A stretch of 64,000 nucleotides of DNA from Planctomycetota bacterium (GTDB taxonomy: Bacteria > Planctomycetota > GCA-002687715 > CAIWVZ01), in NCBI GenBank assembly GCA_044222185.1, contig JBGANV010000012.1, positions 64,001-128,000 of the forward strand, in the 5' to 3' direction. Positions 1 through 7,542 of this stretch are shown here, in pieces (positions within the stretch are counted from its first letter, which is position 1; each line of letters opens with the position of its first letter). The position numbers and the translations under genes are program-made. The notes below the pieces were generated by a model. It was not told where the DNA came from and did no database searches. It saw nothing but the letters and a program-made list of their open reading frames with translations.

Positions 1-220
1 CGATCCAACAGGTGGATGACCAGCTCTCCATGTGGGTCGACATTGTGGGGTACGGCATGGGGATTGTGAAGCGACCCCCGCTGAGGAAGGAAGGCCGTCG
101 ACCCGTGTCGTGCCGCTGTTGGACCGGCGGCGGGAAACCGGACTCCACCCGGGTGAACTTGGCGGTCGATCCACACTGGCGTAGGACTGACCACCTCGGT
201 GAGCGTGCTTTGGGGCTTCG

Positions 221-1420
221 ATGCTGTCCGCCCGCGCCTATTCGTTTCGCCAACAATCCCGTCTCGCGATCTCTCTCTCCTTCATCGGCGGCCAGGTCAA
301 TGGCGTCGCGTTGATCGCCATGGGGACGTTCGTCTCCCACGTCACGGGGACCGTCACGAACATCGGCCGGACCCTCGTCATCGGGGACCGCGCGGGCCTT
401 CTCTTCTTCGGCTTCCTCCTCGGGAGCTACTGCCTGGGCGCACTCGGCTCCTCGTTGATGATGGAGATCGCCCGCCGCCGGTCGCTTCATTCGAAATTCA
501 TCATTCCCATGGCGACCGAGGGAGTGCTGCTCCTGGTCCTCGCGCTGGGATTCGAGATCAACGGCGGACTCATGGCGCACGGCGAGCTCCATCCTTCGCT
601 GCTCATGGGCGTGGCCTCGGCCGCCATGGGACTGCAGAACGCCACGATCACGCGAATCTCGGGCGGCGTGATCCGGACGACGCACCTCACGGGGATCTTC
701 ACGGACTTCGCCATCGAGTCCGTGCAACTCGTGTTCTGGTGGCGCGATCGACTGCGCGCCGGTGGCTGGAGGCGGTTGCGCCGTGTCGCACAGGTGGCGC
801 GACGCAACCCGGCGCTGCTTCGGCTCACGCTTCTCGCCAGCATCGCCGGGTCGTTCCTCCTGGGCGGAATCCTCGCGACGGTCATCTGGCTCAACCGTCC
901 CGATGCTGCCTACATCGTCCCCATGCTCATGCTCGGGTGGATCATATTCGTCGACTGGCGACGCCCGATCGCGGACGTCCGTGAGCTCGACGGCCGGAAC
1001 GACCCCGAGCTGAGCCTGCACGGCATCGACCGCCAGCACTTGCCGAGGGAACTGGGCCTCTATCGGTTCTCGTGCCCGCGGGCGCGGACGCTGCACCGAC
1101 CGCCGGACTTCCAGCTGTGGGTCGATCATCTGCCGCAGGAGTGGGTCGTCGTCGTCCTCGCGATGAGCCCGCTGACACGGCTCGACCGGAACGCGATGAT
1201 GGACCTGGATCTCGCGATCCGGCGACTGCACGACTCCGGTCGTGATCTCGTGATCTCCGGCATCACCCCGGTCCAGTACAAGGTGCTCGTAGCCCACGGG
1301 ATCACGCGGCGGCTGGACATACAGAATCTCTGCCCCGACATGGAATTCGGCATCGCTCGCGCGATCGCCGTGCTCGAGGAGCGCTCGAAGAGCGCGGCGC
1401 CGGCCGTTCGGGTCGGGTGA
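221..1420 (+). CDS. YoaK/DUF1275-family membrane protein with C-terminal STAS-like domain
   Basis: LSFIGGQVN, SHVTGTVT, AMGLQNA and IRTTHLTG are DUF1275 motifs. Several TM segments. C-terminal LAMSPLTRLDRNAMMDL...LVISGI is STAS-like. Confidence 0.8.
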   Translation: MLSARAYSFRQQSRLAISLSFIGGQVNGVALIAMGTFVSHVTGTVTNIGRTLVIGDRAGLLFFGFLLGSYCLGALGSSLMMEIARRRSLHSKFIIPMATEGVLLLVLALGFEINGGLMAHGELHPSLLMGVASAAMGLQNATITRISGGVIRTTHLTGIFTDFAIESVQLVFWWRDRLRAGGWRRLRRVAQVARRNPALLRLTLLASIAGSFLLGGILATVIWLNRPDAAYIVPMLMLGWIIFVDWRRPIADVRELDGRNDPELSLHGIDRQHLPRELGLYRFSCPRARTLHRPPDFQLWVDHLPQEWVVVVLAMSPLTRLDRNAMMDLDLAIRRLHDSGRDLVISGITPVQYKVLVAHGITRRLDIQNLCPDMEFGIARAIAVLEERSKSAAPAVRVG

Positions 1421-1489
1421 GGCACGCGCGGACTCCGCGTGTCCCCACCTGCGGATCCGGTGTATGGTGCGCACCTCGAACGGAGTCCC

Positions 1490-2578
1490 ATGAGAACGCC
1501 CGCGATCGTCTCGTCTCTCGTCCTCGCCGTCGCAGCCGCGCTTCCAGCCCAGGAGGCTGCACTGCCGAAGGGGATGCGTCATGCGCTGGTGACGCTGACG
1601 AAACCGGCGGACTTCGGCGGGACAGCGCCGCGAACCACTCTTCCCCGGATCGATGCGTCGAAGGGGCTGGCTGACTCGTTCGAGTCGCCTGTGATTGCAG
1701 CACCCATGCCATTTCACGAGATCCTCGTGTCGTGGAACCTGGACGTGCCGCCCGAGGTCGGTGCCGCCGTCGATCTACGCGTGGCGACGGCGCAGGGTGA
1801 GTGGTCGCCCTGGCTCGAGGTGGGGCGGTGGGGACGCGACGACCGGCCGTCGCCGCCTCCCGTCGAGTTCGATCGGGGCAAGGTCGACATCGATTACTTC
1901 AAGTCGACGGTCACGCACGAGCGTGCACAGCTTCGCGTGACCGGGTGGCTGCCGACGGCTCGCGCGGGCGCGGCGACCATCGTCGTGCGTCGCCTGTCGA
2001 CCTGTTTCACGCAGCGGCACGTGGAGCCCGCAGCCTCCGTGAGTCGCCCCAGTGCGCCGCGATCGTGGCCCGGCCGTCTGCGCGTTCCGTATCGCAGCCA
2101 GAAGGCGGAGGCGAAAGAGATCGCCGGTCGCATCTGCAGCCCCACGTCCTTGTCGATGGTCCTCGCGTACCGGGGCGTCGTCCGCCCGACACGGGAGGTC
2201 GTCGACCGCGCGCTCGACGCTCCCCACGACATCTACGGCAACTGGCCCAAGAACGTCCAAGCGGCGTGGAGCTACGGCGTTCCCGGCTACCTCACGCGGT
2301 TCTCGGATTGGGAGGACGTCTCCACGCACATCACCCGCGGCCAGCCGATCATCATCAGCATCGCGGCGAAGAGGGACGAACTGACGGGCGCTCCGTATCG
2401 GTCGACCGACGGCCACCTCCTCGTGCTCTGCGGTTTCGACGAGAACGGGGACGTGGCCGTCAACGACCCCGCAGCCAAGGACGCTGCGCACGGAGAAATC
2501 GTCTACCGCAGGGCCGAACTCGAAACGGTGTGGATGGCGCGCGGCGGCACGGCGTACGTGCTGTTGCCGCGCGAGTGA
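1490..2578 (+). CDS. Secreted peptidase C39-like (C39_2) protein
   Basis: Signal peptide MRTPAIVSSLVLAVAAALPA-Q after GGAG. Catalytic-type motifs SQK...ICSPTSLSMVL, GHLLVLCGFD and VNDPA. Confidence 0.8.
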   Translation: MRTPAIVSSLVLAVAAALPAQEAALPKGMRHALVTLTKPADFGGTAPRTTLPRIDASKGLADSFESPVIAAPMPFHEILVSWNLDVPPEVGAAVDLRVATAQGEWSPWLEVGRWGRDDRPSPPPVEFDRGKVDIDYFKSTVTHERAQLRVTGWLPTARAGAATIVVRRLSTCFTQRHVEPAASVSRPSAPRSWPGRLRVPYRSQKAEAKEIAGRICSPTSLSMVLAYRGVVRPTREVVDRALDAPHDIYGNWPKNVQAAWSYGVPGYLTRFSDWEDVSTHITRGQPIIISIAAKRDELTGAPYRSTDGHLLVLCGFDENGDVAVNDPAAKDAAHGEIVYRRAELETVWMARGGTAYVLLPRE

Positions 2579-2679
2579 CGCAGCCACACGAACCTGGGAT
2601 CGAGAATGGACGGCAGCGTTTGGCCCTCGCGACGAGGCGGTGGTAAACCCTGCCTTCGCGCAAGGCGCTCGGGAGAACC

Positions 2680-3423
2680 ATGGCACCCGTGCTGGAAGTG
2701 AAGTCCCTCGTTCGCGTGTTCCGCGCTGGCGGCAGAGAGTTGCAGGTCCTGCGCGGGGTCAGCGTGACGGTCGACAAGGGCGAGTTCGTGGCGGTGATGG
2801 GGCAGAGCGGCAGCGGCAAGAGCACGCTCCTGCACGTGATCGCCGGACTCCTGCCGGCGACGGCCGGGCAGGTGATCGTCGAAGGGACGGACGTCACCGA
2901 ACTCGCGGAGAAACCGCGCGCCATCCTGCGCCGCAGGACCGTGGCCTTCGTGTTCCAGAACTTCAACCTGATGCCCCAGCTCACGGCCGCCGAGAACATC
3001 GAGTTGCCGCTGCGGATCAACGGAATGGATCCCCAGGACCACGCGGCCCAGGTCGAGCAGCTCATGCGCCGCATGGAGATCTGGGAGCGCCGCGGCCACC
3101 GTCCTCATCAGCTCTCGGGCGGTGAACTCCAGCGCGTGTCGATCGCGCGGGCACTCGTCGTCGATGCTCCGCTGCTGCTCGCCGACGAGCCCACGGGCAA
3201 CCTCGCGTCGAAGTCGGGCCGCGAGGTCATGCAGCTCCTCGCCAGCGCCGCCCGGGAGCGGCAGCGCGCACTCCTCATGGTCACTCACAATCCCTACGAT
3301 GCGGCGCAGGCGGACCGTGTGTTGTTCCTCAAGGACGGCGCGATCGCGCCAGGCGCCGAGCTCGGCCGCGGAGAGGTGAATGCGACTCTCGTTCTGGATC
3401 GTCTCAAGGAACTTGGGATCTAG
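2680..3423 (+). CDS. ABC transporter ATP-binding protein (LolD/MacB type)
   Basis: Walker A GQSGSGKST, signature LSGGE, Walker B LLLADEPTGNL, H-loop VTHN. Confidence 0.95.
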   Translation: MAPVLEVKSLVRVFRAGGRELQVLRGVSVTVDKGEFVAVMGQSGSGKSTLLHVIAGLLPATAGQVIVEGTDVTELAEKPRAILRRRTVAFVFQNFNLMPQLTAAENIELPLRINGMDPQDHAAQVEQLMRRMEIWERRGHRPHQLSGGELQRVSIARALVVDAPLLLADEPTGNLASKSGREVMQLLASAARERQRALLMVTHNPYDAAQADRVLFLKDGAIAPGAELGRGEVNATLVLDRLKELGI

Positions 3424-5965
3424 ACGGCTCGCGACCACGCTCGCGATCCTCGGGATCGCGTTCGGCGTGGCTGCCGTCTGGGCCGTGCAGGTCGTCGACC
3501 TGAACACCGTGCTCGGCGTCCGTGCCCATTTCCGCCGCGACACGGGCAACCCCGATCTGGAGTTGCGGGCGAAGGACGCGCGAACGCTGACTCCGGAAGC
3601 CGCCGCCGCGCGACTGAAAGGAGATCACCGCATCGACGCCGTCACGCCGTTGGTGACGGAGCGCGTGGTCCTCGTGCGGGGGAACCAGCCGCCGGTCGAT
3701 CTGCTCGGCATCGCGATCGACCCGGGGGCCGCAAACCGGTTCGACCCGTACCTCGTCGTGGACGGCCGCGACATCCGGCGGGGCGAGCGCGGCGTCGTCC
3801 TCCTCGGAGGTCGCGCGGCATCGGAGGCGAAGGTCAGGCTCGGCGACAAGATCGCCCTCCAGCGCCCACCCATGACGCACGAAGGGTGCGTCGATGGCGC
3901 CACGGTGGTCTTGCCCGACAGCGCGCAGTCGCCGACGTTGCCGGTGACGTTCGAGGTCGTGGGGATCCTCGCGGATCTATACCTCGCGCGGCCCAATCGC
4001 GGGCGCTCCGTCGTCCTGCCGTTCGACGACGTCTCGTCGCTCGCGCCGGCCGAACGGCTGCCAGTCCGTTGGTGGATCCGTCTCCTGCACGACGACGAAT
4101 CGAAACTCGTCACGGCGTCGCTCGCGAACGATTTCGTCGTCACCGTGCCCCAGGCGCGGGAGGTGGGCGAAACCCCCGAGGAGCGGGCGTTTCGGAGCGG
4201 CGTCCGCATCGCTTCGTTCGTGGCGCTCGGCGTCGGGCTCTTCATCATCTACCACCTGCTCAGCCTCACGGTGACCTCGTGGGTGAGGCAGGCCGGACTG
4301 TTGGGCGCGCTCGGAGTGACCGGCGGACAACTCGGCGGCATCTTCTTCCTCGAGGCGCTCGTGCTGGCGGTGCTCGGCACGGCGACGGGCATCGGCATCG
4401 GTACCGGCATCGCGCGATGGATGCTGGACGCGCGGCTCACGACGCTCGGTTGGGGGAGACCCGTCTCCACGTTCGAGATTCCGTGGCGCGACGTCTGGTG
4501 GGTCGGATGCGCGGGCGTCGCCGCGTGCCTCCTCGGTGCCGTGCAGCCGTTGTTTCGCATTCGCCGCGTGCAGGTCGTGGATGCGCTGACGCAGGGTGAA
4601 TCGGCGCTGGCGGCGGTGCCAGCCGGGAGGTGGCTGGCGCCGGTCGTCCTGGCACTCGGGCCGGCCGCCGTTCTGACGATCTCGTGGTACCTGCGATGGG
4701 TCGACGAAGGCGTGCTCGGAGTTTCTCTCGGGCTTGCGTCCGTGTTCGGGGCCTTCGTGCTCGTTCTGTGGGGAATGCCGCGGGGCATCGCGCGCGGACT
4801 CGGCGTCCTGCTGAAGCCGTTCGAGCGTGGCAACCGCCTCGAGCCATGGCTGGTGCGAAAAGGCCTCGATCGAGGTCTGCGTCGCTTCGCGGGATCCGTG
4901 ACCGGGCTCGCGCTGGTCGCGGCCGGGCTCGTCACGCTCCACGCGATGACGGGCGCGTTGAAGCGAGAGAAGGACGAATGGGGCGCGACCGCCCTTTCGG
5001 GTCGCGTGTTTCTCCGGCTGAAGGACGTGCCGCGGCCCATGCTCTCGGGACTCACCGCCGTGCCGGGCGTGCGCTCCGTCGTCCCCGTCGATGCAACCGT
5101 GCGAGTCGCCTTCGACGTGAAGGGTGTCGCTCCGGAGGAGCTGGCGAAGGACGGTGTCCTGGCCGGACCCCTGCATGATGCCGATCGTGTCGAGTTCGCG
5201 CTCGGTCGAGGCATGGTGGTCACGTCGGTGTGTGCCCGGGAACATCAGCTCGTCGTCGGCGACGACGTCATGCTGCCGGCCGCGCGCGGCCCGCGGCACT
5301 TCAAGCTCCTGGCGGTGGACGATCGCGCCGGGTTCTTCCCCCACGAGCGCGCATTCGGCGTGATCAGCGAAGCGGCGATGAAACAGGTCTTCTGTCGCAG
5401 CAACGACGTCGTCACGCAGCTCGCCCTGTCGGTGGATCCGCCGGAGCGCGAGGCGGACGTCGTCGAGCGGATCGCGTCGGGCTCGGTGATTCCGAAGGAG
5501 CGCATCGACCGGATCTGGAGCGGCGCGCATCAGCGGAAGCTCTACGAGGATGAGATCAACTCGGACTTCCGGATCTTCGACGTCATTCTCGGGCTGACGG
5601 CCGTGCTCGCGGCGCTCGGTATGCTCAACACGCTCGTCGTGTCGGGCCTCGAGCGACAGAAGGAGATCGCTCTTCTGCGCGCGGCAGGGATCACGCGACG
5701 CCAGGTGTTTCGGCTCTTCCTGTCGGATGCCCTCATGCTCGGACTGTGCGGCGGCGTCTTCGGCGGATTGATGGCGATGCCGTTCGCTTGGTTCATCGTC
5801 GACGGCTTGGCGCGGATCTCGCACATGCCGCTGCGCGCGAGCGTCGATCCGCTCGTCGCCATCGTTGGATTGCTCGGTGTCGCGCTCCTCGCCGTCGTGG
5901 CGGCGGTCGCCCCGGCGATGCGCGCCGGCCGTGCCGACGTCGTGTCCGGGCTGAAGTTCGAGTGA
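3380..5965 (+). CDS. ABC transporter permease, duplicated FtsX/MacB architecture
   Basis: Two repeats of TM, large periplasmic loop, 3 TM. ERQKEIALLRAAG motif. Overlaps the ATPase gene by 44 nt. Confidence 0.9.
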   Translation: MRLSFWIVSRNLGSRRLATTLAILGIAFGVAAVWAVQVVDLNTVLGVRAHFRRDTGNPDLELRAKDARTLTPEAAAARLKGDHRIDAVTPLVTERVVLVRGNQPPVDLLGIAIDPGAANRFDPYLVVDGRDIRRGERGVVLLGGRAASEAKVRLGDKIALQRPPMTHEGCVDGATVVLPDSAQSPTLPVTFEVVGILADLYLARPNRGRSVVLPFDDVSSLAPAERLPVRWWIRLLHDDESKLVTASLANDFVVTVPQAREVGETPEERAFRSGVRIASFVALGVGLFIIYHLLSLTVTSWVRQAGLLGALGVTGGQLGGIFFLEALVLAVLGTATGIGIGTGIARWMLDARLTTLGWGRPVSTFEIPWRDVWWVGCAGVAACLLGAVQPLFRIRRVQVVDALTQGESALAAVPAGRWLAPVVLALGPAAVLTISWYLRWVDEGVLGVSLGLASVFGAFVLVLWGMPRGIARGLGVLLKPFERGNRLEPWLVRKGLDRGLRRFAGSVTGLALVAAGLVTLHAMTGALKREKDEWGATALSGRVFLRLKDVPRPMLSGLTAVPGVRSVVPVDATVRVAFDVKGVAPEELAKDGVLAGPLHDADRVEFALGRGMVVTSVCAREHQLVVGDDVMLPAARGPRHFKLLAVDDRAGFFPHERAFGVISEAAMKQVFCRSNDVVTQLALSVDPPEREADVVERIASGSVIPKERIDRIWSGAHQRKLYEDEINSDFRIFDVILGLTAVLAALGMLNTLVVSGLERQKEIALLRAAGITRRQVFRLFLSDALMLGLCGGVFGGLMAMPFAWFIVDGLARISHMPLRASVDPLVAIVGLLGVALLAVVAAVAPAMRAGRADVVSGLKFE

Positions 5966-6051
5966 GTCGTCGGGCGAGTGCGACCGCCGTTTCGCCCGGA
6001 CGGCGCATCTTCGATCGGTAGAAACGACCGCATCACCCCCGTCGCTCCCAG

Positions 6052-6067
6052 TGGAACGCAGTTTGCG
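6052..6067 (+). promoter_or_regulatory. Putative sigma-54 (-24/-12) promoter of the BON gene
   Basis: TGGAACGCAGTTTGCG has GG-N10-GC and is close to the TGGCACG-N4-TTGC consensus. It lies about 90 nt upstream of ATG 6159. Confidence 0.55.
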
Positions 6068-6158
6068 AGGCCGTTCACCGCCGCGAAGGGCCGCGTCCCC
6101 TTCGGGGCGCTGCCGATCGGAACGCCGGTCGTGGGTTTCCACGAGAAGGGATGTCGCC

Positions 6159-6899
6159 ATGAATCGCCAACAGGGTTCGTCGGGCCATGAGCGCCGGAAC
6201 GAAGGGCAAGGGTCGGAGTCCCAGCCGTACGATCGCGGCGAGCAGGATGACCCGCGCGACCCGGAACGGCGAGGCGGGCGCCTCCCGCGCCCTCGACCGC
6301 ACTTCGAGTACGGAGATCGTGACCCGGGCGGCGAGCCTTACGTTGGCGATGCGCCTCCCTGGACCGATCCGCGCAATCCAGACTACGGAAGCTCCGAGCA
6401 GCCGTTCGATGGGCACGGTGCGCGGGGCGCGAGCGCCTCCCGGCCGCGGTGGAGCGGCGGGTACGGCAACACGGGCGGATCCATCGGCAACCCGAACGGA
6501 TCCGCCGGTCAGTGGCGCGCGGGACCGCCGCCGCATTGGGACTCCCCGAACTACGGTGACTTCACGCCATTTCAGGGGCTGACGTCCGACCGTGGCACGC
6601 ACTCTGGAAAGGCACCCAAGGGATACAAGCGCGCGGACGACCGGATTCATGATGACGTCTGCGACCGCCTGACCGATCACGACGTCGACGTTTCCGACGT
6701 CGAGGTCAAAGTCGCCAACGGAGAGGTCACGTTGACCGGAACCGTCACCGACCGCGAGTGCAAGTTCCGCGCGGAGCGGATCGCCGGATCCGTCAGTGGC
6801 GTCAGCGACGTTCAAAACCAGATCAAGGTGAGGCGCGACGGCGCGCGCTCGAACGAGGCCGGCTCGGGTTCCGGCGGCGCGGTGACAACCGGCCGCTGA
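6159..6899 (+). CDS. BON-domain protein with disordered N-terminus
   Basis: GKAPKGYKRADDRIHDDVCDRL...VEVKVANGEVTLTGTV...VSGVSDVQNQI is a BON domain. GAAGGG lies upstream of ATG 6159. Confidence 0.85.
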   Translation: MNRQQGSSGHERRNEGQGSESQPYDRGEQDDPRDPERRGGRLPRPRPHFEYGDRDPGGEPYVGDAPPWTDPRNPDYGSSEQPFDGHGARGASASRPRWSGGYGNTGGSIGNPNGSAGQWRAGPPPHWDSPNYGDFTPFQGLTSDRGTHSGKAPKGYKRADDRIHDDVCDRLTDHDVDVSDVEVKVANGEVTLTGTVTDRECKFRAERIAGSVSGVSDVQNQIKVRRDGARSNEAGSGSGGAVTTGR

Positions 6900-7542
6900 C
6901 CGGGTCTCCGACGCGAGCGACCTGACGATCGCCCACCGATCATCGGGGGTGCGGGGCCGCAGTTCATGCGGTCCATGTGCATGCGCGGGGCCGCGCGTGC
7001 ACCAGGCGTAGAGAGGTACTTTCTTCCGTTGGGGGAGCGGCGCGGCGATCGCCGTCTCGCGCGGGCCAGCGGGCGTTGCACGCGGATTCGCGGGGTCCGG
7101 GCTGGCTGTCTAATCATCGAACACGGCACGCCGCTTCGATGCCGCTCGGCGATCGATCGGAGCGCCGAGTCCACCGCCGTTTCGCCGGGGACCGGCCGGG
7201 CCGCCGCGCGTCGCGCGCGGTCCAACGGGCGCGGATCGGGACCCGGTGCGAGATCACCCGCGTCGGCCTGATTCTCGAACGCGCCGCCGCGTGTCGTCGC
7301 CCGCCGGCCCGGACGCCTCGGCTCCGCCTCCGGCGATCCTGCCGATCGCGCTGCCGATGACGCGGCGGGTCGCTCGGCGCTCCCTGCCCATCGCGTACCG
7401 CGTCTCGCGCGGGCTCCGCCCGAGCCCGACCGATAGATGGCCGGCGCAGCGACGCGCGGCGTCGTCGATCGATTCGGTCGTGCCTTGGGACGCTCGCGCA
7501 CCGGCAGCAACTCACGACGCCGGCGAAGGCGTCCCGCTCGGT

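Noticed and set aside
1490-5965. Bacteriocin/RiPP export cluster (C39 + ABC)
   Set aside because: The peptidase is Sec-exported and not fused to a transporter, the ABC is MacB/FtsX type, and no precursor peptide or modifying enzyme is visible.
6900-7542. 640-nt gap between convergent genes
   Set aside because: The ORFs are low-complexity Arg/Ala/Pro-rich and I could not support any repeat or RNA structure.
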